IMG/VR virus record: IMGVR_UViG_3300010885_020782
Location: 63,376-127,375 of that record
DNA length: 64,000 nucleotides
From: a virus
Strand: one strand, 5' to 3'
Within the stretch, counting starts at the first letter, position 1; every line of letters begins with the position of its first letter. Positions 56,087-64,000 of this stretch are shown piece after piece. The position numbers and the translations under genes were made by a program. The notes beneath the pieces are model-generated. The model searched no databases, was not told where the DNA came from, and saw only the letters and a program-made list of their open reading frames with translations.

Positions 56087-56401
56087 TTAAATATCTCCTT
56101 TGTTATTCTTAAAATTCTCTTTGCCTTTTTCTGTCGGGTAAAAGTGCGCTTCTAAGTTTTCATCATATTCTACAGAAATTAAACCTTCTTCGTATAAACT
56201 AAGAAGTGCTTGATTTGTGTCTGACATCATTAGTTCATATAACTCAAAGTTTTTTTCTTTCATCATTTTATAATTACAGATGTAAACAATATCGCCATCT
56301 TCATCAAAGCCATCTTCTTCTAATATACCCTCTTCAATAAGATAGTCAATGTAGTCATACATATCGTCTTCATCTTCAAAGTCTCGGCCAAAAGCGTGCA
56401 T
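56087..56401 (-). CDS. Acidic hypothetical protein, probably leaderless
   Basis: ORF track; TAGTAT 5 nt before ATG. Confidence 0.75.
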   Translation of the reverse strand: MHAFGRDFEDEDDMYDYIDYLIEEGILEEDGFDEDGDIVYICNYKMMKEKNFELYELMMSDTNQALLSLYEEGLISVEYDENLEAHFYPTEKGKENFKNNKGDI

Positions 56402-56429
56402 ACCTAATACTATCCTCTATACTAGGGAT

Positions 56430-56675
56430 ATGACCTACGCGAAGATGTTTAAAGATGACGTAAATGTCTACCCTCATACCAACGGCGGAGTTGTCTGCGC
56501 CATGTGTTATTTCTGTGACGACACAGAGCCTTACTACAAAGCAGAGTCAACTCAAGAAATGATTGACCATCTCAAGGCGCATCAGAAAATTGGGCACAAG
56601 ATGCCAGATGATATTTTTGAACGTCTCTTACAAGACGACCAGCAAAACTATCCTAATCAAAAACCTAAAGAGTAA
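56430..56675 (+). CDS. Small zinc-finger-like protein, leaderless
   Basis: CAMC..H..HQ..GH; TATACT 6 nt before ATG. Confidence 0.75.
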   Translation: MTYAKMFKDDVNVYPHTNGGVVCAMCYFCDDTEPYYKAESTQEMIDHLKAHQKIGHKMPDDIFERLLQDDQQNYPNQKPKE

Positions 56676-56683
56676 CTAAATCT

Positions 56684-57859
56684 TTATGCTAACCCAAGTG
56701 TAGTAATTGTTCCTGAAGAGCCTCTGTATTTAAGGGCTCCTGCTTCTACATAGATAATGCCACCACCTGAAAGACTTGCAGTGGGGGCTGTTCCATTTTG
56801 CATAAGAAGTCTATCGGCGTTGATGTATTGGAAGTAGTCAATAGAACCTGTAGAACCACCAGTGCCTGAGAGGGCAACTAGGGTTGAGTTTGGTTTGTCA
56901 TAAACACAGTCAATAATTGAGTAGAACCCAGAGAGACTTACTCTTGCAACGTTTGCTCCAGATGGAATAAGAATGTTTAAGTTAGATAAAGTAACAACTG
57001 TTCCAGCACTGGTAGTAACAGCATTTCCAGTAGTAGTTGATGGGAATACTAGAGAGTTAGACATTGCTAAAGTTCCAGCAGTTACAGTAGCAACTAAGAC
57101 CTGTGGAGAGTTTCTTACGATTACAGTAGCAGAAGCATTACTTACAACAAGGCCCCAGATTGAGGTAGCGTTAAAAATAACTCCTGTTGCAGTAGCACCA
57201 CTGATTGTTACGCCACTAGCGCATTGTAAGGAGCAACCTGTTACTTCTAGATAGCCAGTATTAGTAACAGTCATTTGAGTATCTACTGTTGAGTTGTACA
57301 GATAAACTGGTTGTGTTGTATTTACAACTAAGTTAGTCATCTTTATGCCAGTAAAGCGAGCAGTAGCAGTAACTGTTACAGTTCCAGCAATCGCTGTGTT
57401 AGCACCAAGAGCACCTGGAGCAATAATATAAACGCCCGTAGATACAGCCACGTTTTCCGTATAAGTACCTGGGTGAACAATAATTGTTCGTCTATCGGAT
57501 ACGCCAACGGCTGCCACAGCAATTTCCATGGCTTTAGTAATAGATGCAACTGGGTTTAACATATCTCCGTTACCAGTAGTGTTGTTTCCGTCTACTTGGC
57601 TAACATGAATCTCATAGTCATAGCCAGCAAAATTTGTTCCAGTCGCACCAGTCGCACCCGTCGGACCAGCAGGTCCAGTATCACCAGTAGAGCCGCCAGG
57701 ACCAGTTGCACCCGTCGGACCTTGCGGACCAGCCACAGTGCTTGCTAACCCTCTAGGACCTGTCGGCCCTTGCGACCCCTGTGGACCAGCAACGCCTAAA
57801 GAAACTACAACATCTGAACTATCTATTTGAACTGTTACTTCGTTATTATTTGTAGTCAT
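56684..57859 (-). CDS. Tail fibre / decoration-like protein with collagen G-X-Y repeats
   Basis: About 17 GxY triplets, then beta-helix-like Thr/Val-rich repeats; C-terminal [15 protein letters not shown]. Confidence 0.75.
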   Translation of the reverse strand: MTTNNNEVTVQIDSSDVVVSLGVAGPQGSQGPTGPRGLASTVAGPQGPTGATGPGGSTGDTGPAGPTGATGATGTNFAGYDYEIHVSQVDGNNTTGNGDMLNPVASITKAMEIAVAAVGVSDRRTIIVHPGTYTENVAVSTGVYIIAPGALGANTAIAGTVTVTATARFTGIKMTNLVVNTTQPVYLYNSTVDTQMTVTNTGYLEVTGCSLQCASGVTISGATATGVIFNATSIWGLVVSNASATVIVRNSPQVLVATVTAGTLAMSNSLVFPSTTTGNAVTTSAGTVVTLSNLNILIPSGANVARVSLSGFYSIIDCVYDKPNSTLVALSGTGGSTGSIDYFQYINADRLLMQNGTAPTASLSGGGIIYVEAGALKYRGSSGTITTLGLA

Positions 57860-58200
57860 CGAGTCACCTCTGGTGTAACAATAAACTTTCCTTCAAGTAA
57901 TCTTGTTACTTCCCCTGTTGTATTAATAAGTTCTAAATCATAAACGTGGCTTCCAGCAGGAAACCCTGCTGTAGTTACTGCACTAATAGAAATTGAAATA
58001 GTCCCAGCAGTTCCACCAAGAGTTATACCACTGCCACTCGTGAGGCTTACCAAAGTAGAATCTGATTCGTAGCGCTCTCTAACCTGCATTCTGGCAGTCC
58101 ACCCCGTGATATTGACAGTATTTTTGCCAATTCTATATGTCAGGGTTCGCTGAAAAGTCGAGCCTCGCGGGCACACAAGATTTGCAATACCAGGTTTCAT
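57856..58200 (-). CDS. Tail-associated adaptor-like protein (G.TF..ARMQVR..YDLEL..RLLEGKF.V.PEVTR)
   Basis: Recognisable motif commonly found next to fibre genes. Confidence 0.75.
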   Translation of the reverse strand: MKPGIANLVCPRGSTFQRTLTYRIGKNTVNITGWTARMQVRERYESDSTLVSLTSGSGITLGGTAGTISISISAVTTAGFPAGSHVYDLELINTTGEVTRLLEGKFIVTPEVTR

Positions 58201-58327
58201 TGGCTCTCTTCCAAAAAAATAACGGAAACTTCCCCAATTTTACCCCACTACCCACCCTCCTACTTTCTTCTTCCGCCGTTTATAACGGAAAGGGAGCGCG
58301 AAAAAAAGCAGTTTGTATTGTATAAAA

Positions 58328-58873
58328 CTACTTATTTTGTTCGTAATAGGTAAAAGGCTCTGATGTATAAATGTCATTTATTGCAGCAATCTCAAGAGCA
58401 TCTAAGTAACTAGCCCCAGCGTAGAGAGCGCCGATGGCATACTTAGAGCCACTACCAATTCCATAGATTCCATCATCTCTCATCGAGACGGTGTTTGAAT
58501 TATCTATTTCGTAAATGACTCCACGGATAGCAATAAGGAAAAGATAGCCAGCATCCTTATCATTTTTGTCCTGCTCGTAGTCGCCATCTTCAAGGCACTG
58601 ACGCAGACTCGGGGATACTACTGTCACCATAAAGTTGAAAAGGTTATTCTCTCTATTAGCCCTACTTTTCTTAGGAGGCACAGGCGGGTCCCAAACGTGC
58701 TGAATGATGTCGCAAGCATCGGCGTCCCCAGAACCAGCAATTAGGTATTCACCACGCTCGGTAATTTTCTCAACCCACTTGTGGTGGTAGGGGCGACCAG
58801 TCTCACCAGTTGTTCGGCTATCAGAGGCTAGCCAACATCCCGTTTCAAACTGCATACCAATTATTGTTGTCAT
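58328..58873 (-). CDS. Ntn-hydrolase protease, HslV/proteasome-beta-like (paralog 2)
   Basis: MTTIIG, ASDSRTT, EKI, IAGSG, GIGSGS. Confidence 0.85.
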   Translation of the reverse strand: MTTIIGMQFETGCWLASDSRTTGETGRPYHHKWVEKITERGEYLIAGSGDADACDIIQHVWDPPVPPKKSRANRENNLFNFMVTVVSPSLRQCLEDGDYEQDKNDKDAGYLFLIAIRGVIYEIDNSNTVSMRDDGIYGIGSGSKYAIGALYAGASYLDALEIAAINDIYTSEPFTYYEQNK

Positions 58874-59109
58874 AGTGGTATTTCGTTTACTTTTTCTTTT
58901 GACCAGTGAATGTAGGAGCGGATGTAGACAATGGCATATGCCAGCGCCGAAAAGATAAAGCCATATTGGTCAGTAATCAAGGCATAGGCAATCCATAGGC
59001 ACTCGTTAAAAAGCAGAACAAGCCAGCCCCAGATGGTCTTACGACCAACAAAGTAAATCCCGCCCACGCCAATTACAGCCAACAGCCAAGACCCATACTC
59101 CATTACCAT
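58870..59109 (-). CDS. PnuC-like small membrane protein
   Basis: WLLAVIG..GRK..WGW..NE.LW..Y...QYGF. Confidence 0.65.
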   Translation of the reverse strand: MVMEYGSWLLAVIGVGGIYFVGRKTIWGWLVLLFNECLWIAYALITDQYGFIFSALAYAIVYIRSYIHWSKEKVNEIPL

Positions 59110-59214
59110 CCCCCCATCCTACACCCCTCCCCCTCTTTTTTGCCTCTTCCTCTTATAACGGAAAGGGAGCGCAAAAAGTTGAACTTTTTATTGTATAAGT
59201 GCTACGATTTGAAT

Positions 59215-59463
59215 ATGGCGCATAAACGAATAACAGATAAAGAGTTACGCAAAAGAGGTTATATGACCTCTGACGAATTTGTAGACACACTGGTTCCAGG
59301 ACTTAAGGAATACCTTTCTAAGAATTGGGGGGTTCACAACAAGAATGAACTTCACCATCCAGAGGACCTCATCTCAAATGTCTCTATTTATATAGAAGCG
59401 GCGTATCACATTATTGTTGATTTTGGTGTTGCTCCAATAGAAGAAAAAGAGGATGAAAATTGA
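59215..59463 (+). CDS. Hypothetical protein, leaderless
   Basis: TTGAAC-N18-TACGAT, 6 nt before ATG. Confidence 0.7.
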   Translation: MAHKRITDKELRKRGYMTSDEFVDTLVPGLKEYLSKNWGVHNKNELHHPEDLISNVSIYIEAAYHIIVDFGVAPIEEKEDEN

Positions 59464-59654
59464 TTACGATAACTTGTATATTTCTTACTTGGTATTTGAC
59501 CAAGGTTTACTACACTCGCTCTCTTACTATAAAAACTAATACTTCTTTAGAAAAGCGCGGGCTGGTAGAGGCTAAATGTTCTAAGTGCTCTCAGGTAATT
59601 GTTACCAAAGAAGAGAACCTTCGCACACCATTTTATTGCTCTGTATGTAAGTAG
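59460..59654 (+). CDS. Small membrane-anchored zinc-ribbon protein
   Basis: N-terminal TM, CSKC..CSVC. Confidence 0.65.
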   Translation: MITITCIFLTWYLTKVYYTRSLTIKTNTSLEKRGLVEAKCSKCSQVIVTKEENLRTPFYCSVCK

Positions 59655-59778
59655 GAGTCGAGATGACACACGAACACGACTTTATTAAAGACCTAGACGG
59701 ACAAGTAACCTGCTCTTTATGCGGAGCAATGGATGATAAAAGAACAGATATGTTTGAGAAGCAAGTGGACTTTGAATA

Positions 59779-59964
59779 ATGGCTGACCCTAATCAGACCT
59801 CCGAACGAGGCGACTGGGTTTGTCCCTGCTCTGGATGTCAGAAGGCACGCAAAACAGCCTTTGCCGAGGTGCTAGCCCTACTCAATGCCACAGGCGACAT
59901 TATGTATAACGTCCACGCTGTCAGGGAACTTATCACCCCCAAACCACCCAAACCTCGCACCTAA
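59779..59964 (+). CDS. Small hypothetical protein (CPCSGC)
   Basis: ORF track. Confidence 0.6.
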   Translation: MADPNQTSERGDWVCPCSGCQKARKTAFAEVLALLNATGDIMYNVHAVRELITPKPPKPRT

Positions 59965-60085
59965 CCTCCCCCCTTCCCCTCCTTTTTTCCGCTTCCTCCT
60001 ATAACGGAAAGAGAGCGCGAAAAGTTGCACTTTTCATTGTATAGACTTACCATATTCTCAAGACAAATGACGAAAGGACTTAAAA

Positions 60086-60472
60086 ATGGAAACACTACAA
60101 GACATCATTACAAACAAAACCTGTAAAAGCACAATTGCTGGCTGGGTTTGGTATTGCGATAGTTGCGATACCCACGGAAACGCAAACTCAAGTGGTGAAG
60201 CAGAGTATCTAGCAAAGTCACACGCAAAGTACTACTCATGGATTGATGACAATGATGAAGATTTAGACCCTCCTTCATTTACAGAGATGGATGTCTCTGA
60301 AAGAGAAAAAGAGCATAACTGGTCTTACGAATGTTTAGGCGCTACTTACATTATTGATGTAACTGAGAACATTACTTATAACTATGGAGATGACTACGAA
60401 GATAAAACTCCAAACAAACCTTATGATGTAGATAAGGCAATGTGGCTTAAAAAATACTTTGGCGTTGAGTAG
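60086..60472 (+). CDS. Hypothetical protein
   Basis: ORF track; SD GAAAGGA; promoter TTGCAC-N17-TACCAT. Confidence 0.75.
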   Translation: METLQDIITNKTCKSTIAGWVWYCDSCDTHGNANSSGEAEYLAKSHAKYYSWIDDNDEDLDPPSFTEMDVSEREKEHNWSYECLGATYIIDVTENITYNYGDDYEDKTPNKPYDVDKAMWLKKYFGVE

Positions 60473-60999
60473 TGATTGTTCGGATACCCCAAAGAGAGTT
60501 AGAAGTCTGCTACGACTTAGCAAAACATCGCTGGCTTGAAAAACGCGGAGGCACTAATCGCCCCAATTATCAAGCAGGTCTTGAAAACGGAAAGTTAGAA
60601 CACGAACTTCTTGCCACCATAAGAACTATGGTCGCAGAGGTGGCAGTTGCTTATGTCACTGACCAAAAGTGGAGTGTTCCTGTCTACAGTAAGCGCTTTC
60701 ACAAAGAACGAGGCAAATTCTCTGATGTTGGCGACAACATTGAAGTCCGAACAGTTCGCACCAAGGACCACGTTCCAATTTGGGAGAAAGACGCTGGCAA
60801 GGTCATCTTTGCCTGTAAAGTCCTAGACCCAGACTTCTTCTCCGAGGTGGAGGTTTACGGCTACATCCCAGCAGATGTCGCCATGCAACACGCCGAATAC
60901 TTTGACTCCAGCCCAGAGATGAACGGCTGGCGTTACCCCCTCACAGCCCTCTCCGCCATTGAACCCTTCCCTCCCATTCGGGTCGCCCTCATTGACTAA
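60472..60999 (+). CDS. Hypothetical protein, possible PD-(D/E)XK-like fold
   Basis: AEVAVA..SDVGDNIEVRTVR. Confidence 0.65.
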   Translation: MIVRIPQRELEVCYDLAKHRWLEKRGGTNRPNYQAGLENGKLEHELLATIRTMVAEVAVAYVTDQKWSVPVYSKRFHKERGKFSDVGDNIEVRTVRTKDHVPIWEKDAGKVIFACKVLDPDFFSEVEVYGYIPADVAMQHAEYFDSSPEMNGWRYPLTALSAIEPFPPIRVALID

Positions 61000-61068
61000 C
61001 GGACCCAGAGCGCAGAGGATTTGACTTTCTATTCTATAACTGCTAAACTTGTTTTTGGAGGTAAATAA

Positions 61069-61362
61069 GTGGCAAAAGAAAAAGACATATATGACATACA
61101 AAGATATTTTCCAAAAGATATTCCAGCAGATGTCTCTGATGTCTTAGAGATAGAAGGTGTCAGACCCATAAAGGCTGGCAATAAGTTCAAGGCTCACAAT
61201 GAACGGGGATTGTTTACCTTTCTATATGTCCAAGCAGGGCAGATAACCTGCTTCGACCCTCAAGGGCAGTTCAGAGCCCTACCTATCAGTAAGGTCAAAA
61301 GGTCGGTCAATCCCTCAAAAAGAGAGAAAGCGACTAAAAATATAAAGAAAGCCAAAGTTTGA
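61069..61362 (+). CDS. Small conserved actinophage protein
   Basis: ERGLFTFLYV..FRA.P.SKVKR; promoter TTGACT-N17-TAAACT. Confidence 0.7.
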   Translation: MAKEKDIYDIQRYFPKDIPADVSDVLEIEGVRPIKAGNKFKAHNERGLFTFLYVQAGQITCFDPQGQFRALPISKVKRSVNPSKREKATKNIKKAKV

Positions 61363-61387
61363 CATTCTATTCTAGAGGTTTTATAAT
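61359..61387 (+). promoter_or_regulatory. Consensus sigmaA promoter
   Basis: TTGACA-N17-TATAAT. Confidence 0.8.
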
Positions 61388-61884
61388 TGGGGCAACAACT
61401 ACGAAAGGACGGCTATGGCCTTCATAGATACAACAGAGTTTTACGAGATTGCAGATGAAACTTGGATTCACTGCGATGCATCACAGTTTAAGTATTACTG
61501 CAAAGCACACAACGAACTAATGGGTTGCTACTACTGCGAGTTCGACTACGACAAACCTTGTGGTTGCGATGAGTAGCAATGTCTCAGCCAATCGCAGAGT
61601 AATCTGCCCTGAGTGCAAGAAAGAGATTGAAGTTCGCTCTGGCTTTGCACACTTCACACTAGTTAGACATATGAAAGAGCATAAAGAATGATTATGTTCC
61701 TATTAGGTGGTCTAACTGCCACAATTCTTATCTTTACGCTCATTTGGATAGCGTTAGGGTAAAAATCGTCCAATATGAAGGTTATGAATAGGCACCATAT
61801 GTGCTTATATTCTGTATACACTTAGGTCTAAGCGTATACATATGGTAGGCTCAAACAAGCGTAAATTACGCTAGAAAAGAGGAA

Positions 61885-62082
61885 ATGATGAATATAAACT
61901 GGAAAGCACCATTCGAGTTGGCTTTTGAACTAGGTATGTATGTTCTTGGTAGCGCTTTGCTACTAATCGTTGCTTTTGTTGGTTTGGCTTTGCTAGTTGC
62001 CTTTGGTCAAGCCTTTCTTAACTTGTTTAGAAGTGGAAAGAACAAAAAGTCAACTAAGGAGATTTTCAAGGTTGTTAAGTGA
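61885..62082 (+). CDS. Small membrane protein
   Basis: Hydrophobic core; SD. Confidence 0.7.
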   Translation: MMNINWKAPFELAFELGMYVLGSALLLIVAFVGLALLVAFGQAFLNLFRSGKNKKSTKEIFKVVK

Positions 62083-62738
62083 CAGAAAAGAAAATCGCCT
62101 ATTGCTATGCCCGAGTCTCCACCCAGATGCAGGTGGATGACGGGGTAAGCCTTGATGCCCAAGAAAAGCAACTTCGTTATGCAGCGGAGTCGCAAGGGTA
62201 TGAAGTGGAGATGCTTCGTGAAGAGGGTCGTTCTGGAAAGAACATCACTGGTCGTCCTGTCTTAAAGAAAGCCTTGGATGATTTAGATGCTGGAAGAGCA
62301 GAAGCCCTCTTTGTCACTCGTCTTGACCGCCTTGCTCGCTCTACTCGTGACTTTCTTAGCATTGTTGACCGTTCACATAAATACAACTGGCGTCTAGCAC
62401 TTCTTGATTTAGGTTTAGATACTGCAACTTATCAAGGACGCTTTGTTGTAACAATTATGTCTGCAATGGCAGAGATGGAACGCGGAATGATTTCGCTTCG
62501 TCAGAAAGATGTTCACCAAGATAGACGTAATAATGGCAAAGTTTGGGGAGTTGATTTGGGACCACTACCTCTTGTAAATGAAACAGTTCTTACAAGAATA
62601 CAAAATGAAAGAAGTCTTGGTTTATCATATAAATTAATTGCAGATAACCTTAACAGAGACGCCATACCTACCGTTTTAAGCGGGGAAAAGTGGTATCCAG
62701 CAACAGTAAGAAAAGTTTACTTGCGTATTTCTAAGTAG
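62079..62738 (+). CDS. Serine recombinase (resolvase catalytic domain plus C-terminal recombinase-like segment)
   Basis: YARVST..Q..SL..Q, SGK..RP.L..AL, RLDRL.RS, AEMER..IS.R. Confidence 0.92.
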   Translation: MTEKKIAYCYARVSTQMQVDDGVSLDAQEKQLRYAAESQGYEVEMLREEGRSGKNITGRPVLKKALDDLDAGRAEALFVTRLDRLARSTRDFLSIVDRSHKYNWRLALLDLGLDTATYQGRFVVTIMSAMAEMERGMISLRQKDVHQDRRNNGKVWGVDLGPLPLVNETVLTRIQNERSLGLSYKLIADNLNRDAIPTVLSGEKWYPATVRKVYLRISK

Positions 62739-62821
62739 TTTCTAAATATTGATAGTGTAAAATAAGCATATAAATACAGCGATTGCTGTGTGGAATAAAC
62801 CTGTGGTGGGGGTATTTCCGA

Positions 62822-64000
62822 TTGCGTAAACGCATCGTCAAAGTAAAAAGTAAACTGGCTGCCAAGAAACTTCTGGTCAGTCTTTTTGGTGCGCCAATAC
62901 TTGCATTTATTATTGCAATCCTTGCTCCAGGACAAGCATATGCAGATGAACCCCCAGCACCAGCAGAACAGGTAGTAGTAAGCCCAGCACAGCAAGCAGT
63001 AAATACCGCTATAGCAACAGCAACAACAGAGGTAGCGCAAGCGACAGCGGCTAGTGATACAGCAACAGCAACTATAGCCACAGCAGTAGCAGCAGTTTCT
63101 GCTTCAAATGCAGCAGTGGACACAGCGACAGCAACAGTTGCAACAGCAGTAGCAGCCGTAGCAGAAGTATCAAATGTATCTTCTGCCGTGGAGACAGCAA
63201 CTGCGGTTACTCAAACAATTACATCCACCGTGGCATCAGTTACACAAGCAGTTGCTGCGATTCCAGTAAATGCAACAACTCAAACGCCAGAGGTTGCGGC
63301 GGCGCAAACAATAGTAACGCAAGGCGTTACTACCGTAGATTCTGCAACTGCAACAGTTATAGCAACAGCAACTCCATTAATGACAGAAACGCCAACCACT
63401 GTTGCTCAGGTGGCCACTGCAATTGCGGTAGAAGTTGCACAATCAGAGACAGCATCTACATTAATTCAAGTAGCGCAAGCAGCGATAGATACGTCTACAG
63501 CAACAATAGCAACAGCAACCACAGCAGTAGCAGCAGTAACACCTGCAAGAACAGAAGCACAGACACAATTAACTCAAGCAAACGTAGCAATTAATAATGC
63601 TCAAGATGCAGTTAACGCCCTTGCAGCAACTATTGGAACAACAACAAACGTTCTTGCAAATGTAGATGACGTTGGCATTCGTATGAATCTTCCCTTTAAT
63701 CTACAAATGGGCGGTGTTACTTATAACAATGTCTATGTGGGTTCTAATGCAACTATTACCTTTGGAGTAAATCAAGGCAGCACTTACCACACTACTCCTA
63801 GCGCACCGTCTATCTCTATTGCAGGATATGACTGGACTACATGGAGCGCTGGCTCTGGAGTTACATACTCAACAACTACCAACACTCTTTCTGTTGCCTG
63901 GGATGTTCGCGTCTTTCCTCTTAGAACTGCCGATACTCAGATGACACAGATTAGATTTAATGCAGATGTAAACCCAGCAGATGGCGCTTGGGCAGCAGAT
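62822..64000 (+). CDS. Large secreted/surface protein, Ala/Thr/Val-rich stalk followed by NIDO-like beta domain; open at right edge
   Basis: TTG start; basic-hydrophobic signal peptide ending AYA|DE; later DDVG..LPF..YNNVYVGSNATITFG..IAG.DW. Confidence 0.7.
   Translation, partial: MRKRIVKVKSKLAAKKLLVSLFGAPILAFIIAILAPGQAYADEPPAPAEQVVVSPAQQAVNTAIATATTEVAQATAASDTATATIATAVAAVSASNAAVDTATATVATAVAAVAEVSNVSSAVETATAVTQTITSTVASVTQAVAAIPVNATTQTPEVAAAQTIVTQGVTTVDSATATVIATATPLMTETPTTVAQVATAIAVEVAQSETASTLIQVAQAAIDTSTATIATATTAVAAVTPARTEAQTQLTQANVAINNAQDAVNALAATIGTTTNVLANVDDVGIRMNLPFNLQMGGVTYNNVYVGSNATITFGVNQGSTYHTTPSAPSISIAGYDWTTWSAGSGVTYSTTTNTLSVAWDVRVFPLRTADTQMTQIRFNADVNPADGAWAAD

Larger units (their letters stand above)
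58240..61050 (+). repeat. Second junction repeat family: C-tract plus TATAACGGAAAG(G/A)GAGCGC..AAAAGTTG.ACTTTT.ATTGTATA
   Basis: Copies at about 58240-58325, 59120-59200 and 59960-60045; degenerate copy at about 60995-61050. Confidence 0.8.

Noticed and set aside
57640-57800. Short DNA repeats CCAGTCGCACCC / GTCGGACC
   Set aside because: Explained by the collagen G-X-Y coding repeats.
62717-63123. Minus-strand ORFs 62717-63040 and 62731-63123 (Cys- or Ala-rich)
   Set aside because: Antisense shadows of the plus-strand low-complexity secreted protein.
1-64000. Stop-codon reassignment, DGR/retron, IS elements, tmRNA, rRNA
   Set aside because: TAA, TAG and TGA all end full-length genes; no reverse transcriptase or transposase motifs; no suppressor tRNA; no recognisable tmRNA or rRNA sequence.

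Overview
64 kb of a large tailed-phage (Caudoviricetes) genome of moderate GC (roughly 40-45%, estimated). The host is most likely a freshwater low-GC actinobacterium, inferred from a WhiB3-like gene, DUF3039, an actinophage-type portal, and sigmaA plus leaderless TANNNT promoters. Layout: (1) 1-10.6 kb, leftward head-morphogenesis block with a portal, Dps and a >1995-aa multidomain protein carrying a DEDDh exonuclease, open at the left edge. (2) 11.2-41.7 kb, about 70 mostly small genes in one- to few-gene expression cassettes. The junctions share a grammar: terminator - (TTTTTAC)x2 - ACTTCNNAAYAACTT - CRP-like box and/or GACAC - TTGAC/N17/TATACT - AAAGGGG SD. This block also holds an SLT lysozyme, an Ntn protease, a MoxR/vWA pair, WhiB, a motif-dense non-coding kilobase and a TerS-like gene. 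(3) 41.8-64 kb: holin-like, glycosyltransferase, CHAP endolysin, NrdJ, SpeD, Hsp20, four tRNAs, methyltransferase, Mom-like protein, tail-fibre-like gene, a second Ntn protease, a serine recombinase and a large secreted protein open at the right edge. The most unusual signal is the dispersed cis-regulatory system of 11.9-41.7 kb: 26 exact copies of a 14-bp motif, about 18 of a 15-bp motif, helically phased CRP-like boxes and mosaic junction sequences. No CRISPR array, reverse transcriptase or IS was found. Family names come from motif recognition, not database searches.
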